A stretch of DNA of 64,000 nucleotides from an uncultured Desulfobulbaceae bacterium (GTDB lineage: Bacteria; Desulfobacterota; Desulfobulbia; Desulfobulbales; BM004). Each line of letters begins with the position of its first letter. The stretch's first letter is position 1. A program made the position numbers and the translations under genes. The stretch covers positions 73-64,072 of the forward strand of contig CALZHP010000001.1 of NCBI GenBank assembly GCA_945787325.1, given 5' to 3'. Under the pieces are notes generated by a model. The model was not told the origin of the DNA. It ran no database searches and saw nothing but the letters and a program-made list of their open reading frames with translations. Below are positions 47,284 through 57,200 of the stretch, piece by piece.

Positions 47284-50200
47284 TTATTCAGCCGAAGGAG
47301 GACGCAAAGGTTTCGGATTAATCGCTATAAATCTCTTTGCAGCTTTTTTTAAAATAGCATGTATAGCATCTGCCTCTTCTTTCTGAAAACCTTTTTCCAG
47401 CTCTTCAATGTACTTTCCTAGTAACTCACGTAAATCTTGCAGTCCGTCTTTTGATATGTTCTCGATTGATACATTAGCGCCCCGTGCCAGTCGCCTTTTC
47501 AGTGCTTCACGATTAAAACCGAGGTCCGGATAGAGACACTGATAAATAACTCCTCCGGTCATTCCAGCACACATCCAAGGGCCGGGGTCTCCAAGCACAA
47601 CTGCTCGTCCTCCGGTCATATATTCAAAGGCAAATCCTTTCAAATGAGCCCGACTGGCGATGTTACCAAGTTCGTCTCGGACTGGTTCAGTAATTCTTCT
47701 TCCAAACACTACATCAGCACCTGACATTCTTATACAGGCTCTTGAATCAGCAAGATTCTGCACCATAAGTAGCCCACCTATAGCGCCATAAGCAAAACTT
47801 TTACCTGTAGACCCGTCGATTCTGCTGCCCATTATATTCTGGCCCTTAAACACACCAAGGAACCCTCCCATACTTCCCTTGGCAGCACCATCTTGTGAAC
47901 CGCCTTCAACAACCGTTTCAAGACCTTGTGAAATAAAAGCACAAAGACCATTCCCTGGAACGGAAGAACCAAGCATAAGTAACGCCTTCATATCATTTTT
48001 ATTTTGACCGAATTTTCTTGCAATGGCACCTGCAAGGTATGTCCCTACAGCCCTGTCTGTACTGTGAACGCCTTCTTCTGCAAAACGTACAAGTGAATCT
48101 CCCTTTTCAAAACGTTCCATGGCCAGATCAGAAATCAATCTGGTTAAATAATTTAATGGTTTTCTGACAATTTGCGATTTCGGATACGAGTCAGGGTTGC
48201 TTGATATAGAAGGTTTTTTCAAGATATCCGCAGTATCAAGCAGGCTATTCATTCTGTATTGATACAGCAAATCTGTTCTGCCAACCAGGTCCTGCAGGCG
48301 CTGTTCTCCAAGCTCAGCAACCCTCATTTTAATTTCATCACCAATGGCTGTCAGCAGACGTGCCAGGTTTTCGGATTCTGCATCCAGAATGCGTGGTTTA
48401 AAAGCTTTAACTCCGCGTGCTTCAGCATCTTCGACGTTTCTTAACTGGGTAGATATACCCCTTGGACAGCGATCGAGATGACACTTTCGGCAGCTTATAC
48501 AACCCACTCCCATAAGCGACACTGTACCGAGTCCAACCCTATTGGCGCCAAGCAGGATCATTTTCAAAACATCATAACCGCTTCGCATACCCCCATCAGC
48601 CCAGATCTCAATTCCATGACGCAACCCTGATTCAATCAAATACCGATGCGCTTCGCTTACACCTATCTCTGCAGGAAGTCCAACAAACCGCTTGGCATGT
48701 TCGCGTGCTGCACCGGTACCTCCTTCAAAACCGCTTATATTCAGTATATCAGCACCGGCTTTTGCAATACCCACCGCGATTGTTCCCACTCCGCTCGTAA
48801 CAGGTATTTTTACAGAAATACGGGCGTATGGGTTTGCTGTTTTAAGCTCGGTAATAATCTGAGCAAGATCTTCAATGGAGTAGATATCATGATGATTCGA
48901 AGGGGATATCAGTGTAATACCTTCCTTGCAATGCCTAGATTTTGCCACCATATCAGAGACTTTGTTTCCAGGAAGATGCCCCCCCTCTCCAGGCTTCGCA
49001 CCCTGACCAATCTTGATTTCCAGAAAATCAGTTGAATTAAGAAAACTCATGAAAACCCCGAAACGGCCTGAAGCAATCTGTTGTCCCCTATTATGCTTGT
49101 ATTTTCCAAGCATGTCGGGAATTTCTCCCCCTTCTCCGTTCATGCAGATTATATTCGCTTTTAAAGCTGCCTCAGCATAAGCTCGAAATGAATTCTCCCC
49201 CTGTGAACCAAAAGACATGGCAGCTATTACTAAGGGCATGGAGTGCCGGCCAATGGAAATATCAACCTTATCCATCGTCAAACGCTGCTTTTGTTCAACA
49301 GGCTTCGACTCTAAAAGATGCCTTATGCCGGTCGGCAATTTTTCTACAACATTTTCTAATTCCTGGGCCATTTCAAGATAGCCCGTTTTACCCACAGCGA
49401 CATTCCTGATTATACGCCCTACTTTCGGGTTTCTGGCGGGCTCTTTATATACGGCGTTTACTTCGTCAGAAACAGCTTTCGAATATCTCTGCAATGCTAT
49501 AGCATCAAGACCGGCGATACTCAATCCTCCTTTATCAGAAGGACAGAAATTTGGAATCCTCATGATTGCTGCAAGATCAGACTGAAGACCAATTGAAGAA
49601 AAAATCCGGCCATATCCACATAATTCATGAATACCCATTGTCGACATGACTTTTTCAATCCCTTTTTGCAGAACAGAAAAAGTATTATCGATCACTTTGG
49701 CAGCATCCTGATTTTCTCCAGCATATTTACATGATATATGCCACAGGAGATATGGATTAATTGCGTCCGCTCCAAGTCCCGTGACGAGCATCAGGTCATG
49801 AAGATTTCGTATAGCAGCAGATTGCACAATAAGACTGACTTCGCGTCTGATACCGGCGTTTATCATGAATTCATGTAAATAAGCAACTAGAATGGCAGGG
49901 TCAATAAATACCTTTGAACAAGTAAAACTTTTTGAATCATCAAATATTATGAGTACAGCCCCTTCCTTTACAGCTTTTTCAACTTCAGCCGCCAGAACTT
50001 CTAACCTGGCAGTAAGGCCTTCCGCCGGCATATAGGTGGCGTCAACAAACTTCACCAGGCCGGGATCCCTGTTCTGACATGTGAAAAAATCAACTACATC
50101 TTCAAAAAGAATTGTAGAGTGCTTTTCGCAAATTTCCCGGCAACTTTTAGTTGCAATAACACCTGAAAAAGCTTGAGCACCAAGCAACAAGGGGGTATCA

Positions 50201-51876
50201 AGTTCGAGACCCAATGGAGGAATAATTCTTTCACCACGAATATCAGGTCTGCTTCCCAATACAACCCTGGTAGAGAAATGTTCGTATTCACGCTCCCTGT
50301 CAATGGCAGGGTTTGTAACTACTGCGACATTTTCTTTACAATAGTCAGAAATATTTGGAAGTGAATCAGGAACAAACGAAGCCAGTGGCCCGGTATGTCC
50401 CATGGAACCAATTACTTCCCTGCCGTTTCGAGCAACCTTCTGACGAATCATAAGGTCGTAATTGTTCCAGCCGAATGCTGCCAGTAAACCAGGATCATGA
50501 TAAACTTCAACAGAAAAATCTTTTCTTAAAAATTGGCTGGAAGTTACTGAGCTTTTGATTTTATTTGTATTTTTTCCTTCAACTGGTATGCCGCTGTAGA
50601 GAGAGTTGAGATATTTTTTAATACGATTTTTACTGCTGAAAAGTTTTACAAGACGCTGTTGGATTGTTCCATAATCAAGGGCTTCCGCCCTTTTCCCCCT
50701 GCCACCCACTAGGGCAATTTTCTCTCCAGGTGCCAAAGGCCGCGGATCGGTCATGTTATGTTCAATATCAACAACGCCTTTCTCGGAAGACAGGAAATAG
50801 TTGTAATCACTTTCACCAAACCATAGCGGTCTTAATCCAAGGGCATCGACACTCCCTACACATGTATCGCCGTTTCGAGCCAAAACAGCTGCTGGCCCTT
50901 GCGCAGAACATGAAAAAAACCATCTGAAAAATTCGTAAACTTCTCGTAATTTATTGGGATACTTTTCAACTTCACTGTAGATAGCCGGAAAAACCATCTC
51001 CATGGCTTCCAGAACATCAAGGTCATAAAGATTGATAAGACCTTCAATAATACGGTTCAAGTCCTGCGAGTCGCTGCCTCCCGGGACTGGTTCAATATTG
51101 AGGGTTCTCCCAGTGCTACGTATTCGTTCGATAGTATTTATTTCACCATTGTGACCCAGTATAGAAAAAGGCTGTGACCGCTCTACTGTTGGCAGCGTGT
51201 TTGTTGAGTAGCGTCCATGGCCAAGAGATATAACAGAACGTGTATCTTCATCTCTAAGTTCTGGAAAAACCCGAGGAAGAAGATCCGGCATCCCCTGTAC
51301 TTTGAAAACAACTGTATCCAGGCTGAGAGAGGATATATGTACTTCAGGAAATTGCTTTTCAATTTCAAGCTGAAGCCTGAACAGACTTTTTTTTGATGCG
51401 TCCCGGCTGGCTTCGGGAATCATACCGCCTATTTGCCAGAAAAGTGGAGCGTCCTGCCTCGCTCGAGGGCCCAGCTCCAAATCACTTGTTTTCCCAATCA
51501 ATTCCAGCAGAATGTCGACGCTCTGCTGTTGAAATATTTTTCTGATTCTTGTTAAAATCTTCTTTGATTGTGATCTGATTGAAGCAGGTAAAAGAAAATG
51601 ACCGACCAGAAAACTGTTTGATTCGGCAAGGTGCGGACTCAGATTATTTCCTGCAAGGCGTCTGGCCCATAAGTCCCGGGGTATGTCAATAGAGATACCA
51701 CATCCATCCCCTTCACCGTTGATGTCTCCTGAGCGATGCCCCATTTTCCGCAAAGCATCGATAGTTTGAACTATATTTGCATGGGTGCTGTGTCCGCGTT
51801 TGTCAACAAAGGCGATAATAGCACAGGCGTCTTTTTCCCTTTCTCTGTGATATGGTGAATGCATAATATTTTTCAA
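47284..51876 (-). CDS. gltB: glutamate synthase large subunit (GltB/Fd-GOGAT-like)
   Basis: 1530 aa. There is an Ntn amidotransferase domain with the Cys in DACAIIAF, an FMN-binding TIM barrel (GEGGE, ISGFEGGTGA) and a C-terminal GXGXG beta-helix domain. Confidence 0.93.
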   Translation of the reverse strand: MKNIMHSPYHREREKDACAIIAFVDKRGHSTHANIVQTIDALRKMGHRSGDINGEGDGCGISIDIPRDLWARRLAGNNLSPHLAESNSFLVGHFLLPASIRSQSKKILTRIRKIFQQQSVDILLELIGKTSDLELGPRARQDAPLFWQIGGMIPEASRDASKKSLFRLQLEIEKQFPEVHISSLSLDTVVFKVQGMPDLLPRVFPELRDEDTRSVISLGHGRYSTNTLPTVERSQPFSILGHNGEINTIERIRSTGRTLNIEPVPGGSDSQDLNRIIEGLINLYDLDVLEAMEMVFPAIYSEVEKYPNKLREVYEFFRWFFSCSAQGPAAVLARNGDTCVGSVDALGLRPLWFGESDYNYFLSSEKGVVDIEHNMTDPRPLAPGEKIALVGGRGKRAEALDYGTIQQRLVKLFSSKNRIKKYLNSLYSGIPVEGKNTNKIKSSVTSSQFLRKDFSVEVYHDPGLLAAFGWNNYDLMIRQKVARNGREVIGSMGHTGPLASFVPDSLPNISDYCKENVAVVTNPAIDREREYEHFSTRVVLGSRPDIRGERIIPPLGLELDTPLLLGAQAFSGVIATKSCREICEKHSTILFEDVVDFFTCQNRDPGLVKFVDATYMPAEGLTARLEVLAAEVEKAVKEGAVLIIFDDSKSFTCSKVFIDPAILVAYLHEFMINAGIRREVSLIVQSAAIRNLHDLMLVTGLGADAINPYLLWHISCKYAGENQDAAKVIDNTFSVLQKGIEKVMSTMGIHELCGYGRIFSSIGLQSDLAAIMRIPNFCPSDKGGLSIAGLDAIALQRYSKAVSDEVNAVYKEPARNPKVGRIIRNVAVGKTGYLEMAQELENVVEKLPTGIRHLLESKPVEQKQRLTMDKVDISIGRHSMPLVIAAMSFGSQGENSFRAYAEAALKANIICMNGEGGEIPDMLGKYKHNRGQQIASGRFGVFMSFLNSTDFLEIKIGQGAKPGEGGHLPGNKVSDMVAKSRHCKEGITLISPSNHHDIYSIEDLAQIITELKTANPYARISVKIPVTSGVGTIAVGIAKAGADILNISGFEGGTGAAREHAKRFVGLPAEIGVSEAHRYLIESGLRHGIEIWADGGMRSGYDVLKMILLGANRVGLGTVSLMGVGCISCRKCHLDRCPRGISTQLRNVEDAEARGVKAFKPRILDAESENLARLLTAIGDEIKMRVAELGEQRLQDLVGRTDLLYQYRMNSLLDTADILKKPSISSNPDSYPKSQIVRKPLNYLTRLISDLAMERFEKGDSLVRFAEEGVHSTDRAVGTYLAGAIARKFGQNKNDMKALLMLGSSVPGNGLCAFISQGLETVVEGGSQDGAAKGSMGGFLGVFKGQNIMGSRIDGSTGKSFAYGAIGGLLMVQNLADSRACIRMSGADVVFGRRITEPVRDELGNIASRAHLKGFAFEYMTGGRAVVLGDPGPWMCAGMTGGVIYQCLYPDLGFNREALKRRLARGANVSIENISKDGLQDLRELLGKYIEELEKGFQKEEADAIHAILKKAAKRFIAINPKPLRPPSAE

Positions 51877-51928
51877 TTAAAATCCTTCGTTCAATTAACT
51901 CATACTTTCATACTATAAGAATAATTGT

Positions 51929-52291
51929 CTAAAATACGACATCTTTAGGATAACTGAACGTAGCCACCACTTTCCACTTGTCTTTTGATTCATCACTGGA
52001 GCTTCCAAACCAGACGAGATATATTTTTTCGTTGTCGGTATAAATCCATTCTTCATATGGATCTGAAGGTTTCAATACTGAAATCAATATCTCTTGTGGA
52101 CCGTAAAAAGGCTGTTCAGGAACTATTTCATGAATCACCTTTTCCGGCTCACCAAGAATATATTCAATATCCTGTCTTGACATATCATTTTCAACTACTC
52201 GAAAATTCTTTTTAATTGTACCGGCAAAAGAATGAGAATTAAATATGACAAAGGTATAAGCTGTTAAGAAATAGATAAATTTTGTTTTCAT
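51929..52291 (-). CDS. small secreted protein (BamE/SmpA-like motif)
   Basis: 120 aa with a signal peptide ending SFAG. The segment MSRQDIEYILGEPEKV resembles the BamE/SmpA_OmlA helix-turn motif. The function is unsupported. Confidence 0.45.
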   Translation of the reverse strand: MKTKFIYFLTAYTFVIFNSHSFAGTIKKNFRVVENDMSRQDIEYILGEPEKVIHEIVPEQPFYGPQEILISVLKPSDPYEEWIYTDNEKIYLVWFGSSSDESKDKWKVVATFSYPKDVVF

Positions 52292-52400
52292 AAAATTATT
52301 TTACATATAAATTGTTTATTCTCTCATTCTTTTGACATAATCAGACAACTTAGTTTTCTCAAAGAATAAAATCGATATACTCCCAGACATATAATCCATA

Positions 52401-52431
52401 AAAGAAAAAACCGGGGTCAAACCCCGGTTTT
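52401..52431 (-). terminator. rho-independent (bidirectional-looking) terminator ending the ParA-like transcription unit
   Basis: On the minus strand the sequence reads AAAACCGGGG-tttga-CCCCGGTTTT followed by TTCTTT. The mirror A/T tracts would let it work on either strand. Confidence 0.8.
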
Positions 52432-52564
52432 AAATTATATGATCAATTTGTAATATTACTTTATGAAGTATTTCTAATAGATTTGCGAAAATATTGTGGT
52501 CAAAATATTCACCATACTCTGAAGCTTGATCACTTCCTTTAAACTATTAACACCTCAACTACTC

Positions 52565-52861
52565 TTAATCGTTTTCAATGTTATCTTCAGAGGGTTTTAA
52601 GGTTTCAGAAAGAGAGTTTACGACATCTTGGAGTAAAGCATAAGCACCCTGGAACCAGGCGGCATTCATGTTGACCTGTCCGTTCCTAAGTTCGATGCCC
52701 AAGCAGGAATTTTTTAGAACTTCAAGCTTCGACACATTTTCAATTATCAATTTTGAGTCGTATTTGTTTTCTTTTGATTCTTTGTTACTTGATTCTTCGC
52801 TTGAAAGAAAAAAATGAGAAACTTCATTAAAACTTCTAGACGGTTTTTTGTGTGCTTGCAT
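52565..52861 (-). CDS. hypothetical small protein with basic N-terminus, candidate ParA partner
   Basis: 98 aa, lying 33 nt downstream of the ParA-like gene on the same strand. The N-terminus is MQAHKKPSRSF, followed by a Ser/Glu/Lys-rich low-complexity stretch and an acidic C-terminus. I recognise no family. Confidence 0.5.
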   Translation of the reverse strand: MQAHKKPSRSFNEVSHFFLSSEESSNKESKENKYDSKLIIENVSKLEVLKNSCLGIELRNGQVNMNAAWFQGAYALLQDVVNSLSETLKPSEDNIEND

Positions 52862-52894
52862 TGAAAGGTAATACTCATAAAAGTGTTAATAATT

Positions 52895-53974
52895 TCAGAT
52901 GTTGATTATGGAATTTCTACCTCCACATAAGTCATCAACAAAGTTTTCGTTTTTCGGATCCGCGATCCACTTATCATTTACCACGTATTTATAGGCATAA
53001 GAACCTGGTTTCAATGGTATTGTTTTACACCACATTACCTTTCCACCGGAATTTATCAGGTTGAGTGGTTCTGGAACCCAGTTATTGAAATCCCCCGCGA
53101 TACACACTTCAGCGTTTTCAGGTGCATCCATTGAAAACAAAACTTTCCCATGCTCCATGTCCTCCTGGCGCATATGATTTTGCAGGAGAAATTCTATAAT
53201 AGAAGTGTCAACCTCTATCTCAGATTCAGGACTCATTGTTTCTCTGGTGAGTTCAGTAAAATCTCGAAAAGCTATACAATCCTTATTGTGCTCGACTAAT
53301 GGAATCCCAAGGCCGGCCGCCTCCCTCAATGCAGTACAAGTATTAATAACGGTTCGAAAACAATTATCGGGATAAGTAGTCTTGAGAAATTCTGCCATTT
53401 CCCTGCAGAACTTAGTCCTGCGGTCAATATTATTTGCAAGGATTTTGGCGGAAAGATGGTGACCTGTTTTTTTCGCCAATACTCGAATAGTTTCAAGTTG
53501 TTTTTCAACACCATCAATAGAAAAATAACTTGGGTCTACGGGAATAATAACCTCTGAAGCTGCCATCAGACCGTTAATGGTAATAAGTCCTACACTTGGT
53601 GGGCAATCCAATATTAGATAATCGTACTTTGATTGAATCCCTTCAGTGCATTTTGCCAGTTTAAGTTCCCTGCCCTGCTCACCTGACATCACTTGTTCAA
53701 AGGCGCTGAGAACAACGTCACTGCAAACTATATCAAGGTTGTCCCTTACACTGATCACTGCTTCCTCAATTGTGGATTCACCGATCAGTACTTCATAAAT
53801 GCTTTTTTCAACTGTAACAGGTGCAACACCAAGACCCATAGCCGAGTGTCCCTGAGGGTCCAGATCAATGAGTAGCACTTTTCTACCCTTAGCCGCAAGA
53901 GAACTTGACAGGTTTATTGCTGTTATGGTTTTACCACACCCACCCTTCTGATTCACGAGAGCTATCCTTCTCAT
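52895..53974 (-). CDS. ParA/MinD-family ATPase fused to C-terminal CBM48 / AMPK-beta-type glycogen-binding domain
   Basis: 359 aa. The deviant Walker A is VNQKGGCGKTIT, with LLIDLDPQGH and ILDCPP also present. About aa 275-359 (nt 52898..53152) read VLFSMDAPENAEVCIAGDFNNWVPEPLNL...KPGSYAYKYVVNDKWIADP, the classic AMPK-beta/CBM48 pattern. The Shine-Dalgarno is AAGGAGAAGGGG. Confidence 0.85.
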   Translation of the reverse strand: MRRIALVNQKGGCGKTITAINLSSSLAAKGRKVLLIDLDPQGHSAMGLGVAPVTVEKSIYEVLIGESTIEEAVISVRDNLDIVCSDVVLSAFEQVMSGEQGRELKLAKCTEGIQSKYDYLILDCPPSVGLITINGLMAASEVIIPVDPSYFSIDGVEKQLETIRVLAKKTGHHLSAKILANNIDRRTKFCREMAEFLKTTYPDNCFRTVINTCTALREAAGLGIPLVEHNKDCIAFRDFTELTRETMSPESEIEVDTSIIEFLLQNHMRQEDMEHGKVLFSMDAPENAEVCIAGDFNNWVPEPLNLINSGGKVMWCKTIPLKPGSYAYKYVVNDKWIADPKNENFVDDLCGGRNSIINI

Positions 53975-54185
53975 ACCCCTTCTCCTTACTGCTTTGTTGA
54001 AAATTTCAGATAGTTATGGAGCACACTGTAACAATCGAAATGCAGCTGGTCTGAAGACATAAAATGTCACATATCAACCAACGTCGTTATTAGGATGCTA
54101 TCATATATTTCTTATGAATTGCAAAGGAAAATTAAGCCAGAAATTCAATTAGTAAATTAATTAGTTTTTAGAACTATTTTTATAT

Positions 54186-54232
54186 AAAAAAGCCAGGTCA
54201 ATGCTATAAAATCTATATTACAAGACCTGGCT
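54186..54232 (-). terminator. putative terminator hairpin downstream of the PKS gene
   Basis: On the minus strand the sequence reads AGCCAGGTC-(24-nt AT-rich loop)-GACCTGGCT followed by TTTTTATATA. It begins about 50 nt after the PKS stop at 54282. The large loop weakens the call. Confidence 0.45.
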
Positions 54233-54281
54233 CCTGTTACCTCACTTATCCAGTTATTTTAATGGTATCGCGGGCACATAA

Positions 54282-57200
54282 CTACTTTTCAGCTTCTACC
54301 AATACTATGCTACCAGTCTCATCATGTTTAGTCCAAATCTTGTCATTATCAAATCCGGCACTTAGCATAATTTCCTGCATCTCATTTTCTGTACGGTACA
54401 CCAGCCACCAGTCAAGTAACCATTCCATTTTTGGTATGGATTGATGATCTGAGCGGTAATTGCTTGTCATCATGTGCATCCCAGGCCGACCACCTTGATG
54501 TACTGCCTCTATAATCGCTGTTGCAGCATCTTTCTCAAGGTATTCGATCAGTCCCATACATATGCAGACATCTACTTCTTCTGCTACTTCTTTAATGCGT
54601 GCAACACCTTGAGGAGAAATCAAATTATGTTTTTCGGTAACCAATGTTGCCCTTGGATCTACAAGGTTTTCCTTAACAAATCGAATGGCACGTTCATCCA
54701 AATCAAATCCAGTAATTGAAAAAGTAATGTCCGGCGCAGAATTTTCAATGACTGTTCTCTCAATTGCCATTGGACCGAAGCCGAGGTCCAACAACCTGAT
54801 ATGCTTCATACCCTTTTCTTCCATTATCGACCTGACTCTTTCAGCGACCCAGTAAGATCGCTGACGAACAGCTTCACTACCTATATTCTCGATAAAATTG
54901 CGGTCAAAATGGTATCCGATTCCTGTCGAAAAAAGTTGTTTATAAAACATCATATTCATCAAAAGATGATCACCTGGATACCCATACGGCTTTTCTAGCG
55001 TTCGTCGGAACACTTTTGAATCATGAAGATAATGTTTTATTTTCTCGTACATATAATTTCGTTTGTTCTTTAATTCTTCATCTGAAAAATGTTTTTCTAA
55101 TTCACTTAAAGATTCTACTGTTGTATCAAGTACAGAATTAAATATTTTGAAATGTTCTTCTGTATCAGGATGCTCAGGATCATTTTTGAAAAGTTCAATA
55201 CCAGCATCAAGTTTTCCAAAAAAGTTTTCCGCTATTTCATTAAATCTCTTTTCTGGCGATTTTGATAAAGATATATTTAAATTGTGAGAGTTATCTACTA
55301 GAGGATGTTGATCTATTCCCGGTTCATCAACTGCTACTGCCATTGCCTGAACGGTTTTTCCATTCTTTTCATTATAAAAAACTGTACTCAATAGATTAAC
55401 GTCGTTGCCGTCAAAATCACCTTTAAAAAGGTACCAGGGTCCACCAAGATGTGTTTTAAATTTAGGAACATGCCTTTTTAATGAATTTGACTTCTTACCT
55501 GCCTCTAAAAGAGACCAGACCCTGGTAGCAGTCTTGTCAAAAGGTTCCGAGGTTTTCGCTACAAGCTCACGTGCAAGGTGATAACCGTCTTCACCCAATA
55601 ATCCACGCCATGTTTCAGCATCGTGATTCTGTACAGTTTCGAAATCAAGTCCTATTGATGACGGACCAACCATGGCAATCGATTTTTCCGCATCATCAGC
55701 CAGACTCATACCTGTACTGTTCAGCACTTGTGCGCTAGGCTCGCTGTTTATGTGTAGATCAGGTTTTCCATCCGGTTGATGACGAATTGCGATATCGGTC
55801 GGATTTAGGTCCAGGTTATGTTGATCCCTGGCATATTGCACAGTGGCACGGCGCGTAGCAAGAAGGTTGGAAATTGCCGTAGTACGCCTTGATGCAGCAA
55901 TTTCCTTTTGAAAATACTCGAGTTCGTCACTTCTAATTTCATCATTATCAGTCAAGGATTCAACTTCTGTATGTTCGATAGCAGCCAGGCCAAATGATTC
56001 ACTTTCAAGAAAAGACTGTAGATCAGTTACAACACGTGACATTGGAATCTGAGGGTAAGGTTTCGCAACACTTATTCCCGCATTAGGAGCCTGCAGAATC
56101 AGTCCTTTTATTGTTTCCAGGATCTGTCCGTCTTCGTCGTATAGATTGATATTAGCACTGTAACGTTCAGCAGTTCGTTTTTGACCAATAACGTGACAAA
56201 TAATTCTGGAACCTGGTTTCATATTGCGGTATATACGAAGTTCATCCATTTCCACAGGGAGATACCCTGTAGGCATAAGAAGAGCACCGCTTTGCAGAGC
56301 AGAATCTCTTGCTGCAGGAGAGACCGTAAGAAGAGATTTGTTGGTTACGTTGCCGAAATACTTTTCATCTTCAGGCACCTTAATCTCTGTAATACTCTCA
56401 CTCGATGTTTCGAGTTTATAGATCGCACTTATCCTCCGCATAAACTTACCCTGAAAAAGAGGGGTCGGACTGAAATCCTCCGGGCTGACAGGTAGTTTTT
56501 CAGGCAAATTCGGACAGGAAGGAATTTGGGATACATGAGTGCTATCCGCACCGAAAATACAATCAGCTCGAAAATGATTTTCTCTAAAACCATCACCTTC
56601 AGAACGAATTGCCATTTTCACCCTTATCATTCCACTCGTTTGCGGATCAGCAACAGCCATCACACGCATTATAATTTTACTGTCAGCCGGGACTATCAAA
56701 GGACGCTTGAAACGGATACTTTGCAACACAGGATAATCATTTCTCCCGGTACATGCCTGAGCCGCTTCTACCATGGCTTCAATTGCCATTACTCCTGGAA
56801 ACAAAGGAGTGCCGTCAAAAACATGTTCTGAAATATATTTGTCTCTATCATGAGAAATTAATGTGTCTGCAACCAATTCGCCGGACGGGACCCAACGCTG
56901 TATCTTTTCAAGAAATCTACCTGCTGGTTTCTGAATTGGTGCAAAAAGAGTGGCCTCAAGCTCTGGGGTCATGCGTCCTATGATCAGGAAAGTGGATCCC
57001 AAGCAAGGCTGCCGGGTAAGCTTTATGTAGGAATCTATGCCTTCTTTGTTGCTGATAGGAGTGATTCCCTGCATTGCAAGAGATTCTACAGCACCCAGCC
57101 TTTTGCCAAGACCGGTTTCAGACCAGACGGAATATCCCAATGATAAACAATGTATATGGGGATAATAATGTAATACGCTTTGAACAGCGCCATTCAACCA

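Noticed and set aside
47284-51876. gltB has no adjacent gltD small-subunit gene. Its downstream neighbour is a convergent kinase gene.
   Set aside because: Single-polypeptide ferredoxin-type GOGATs of about 1500 aa exist, and gltD can be unlinked. This is not anomalous on the present evidence.
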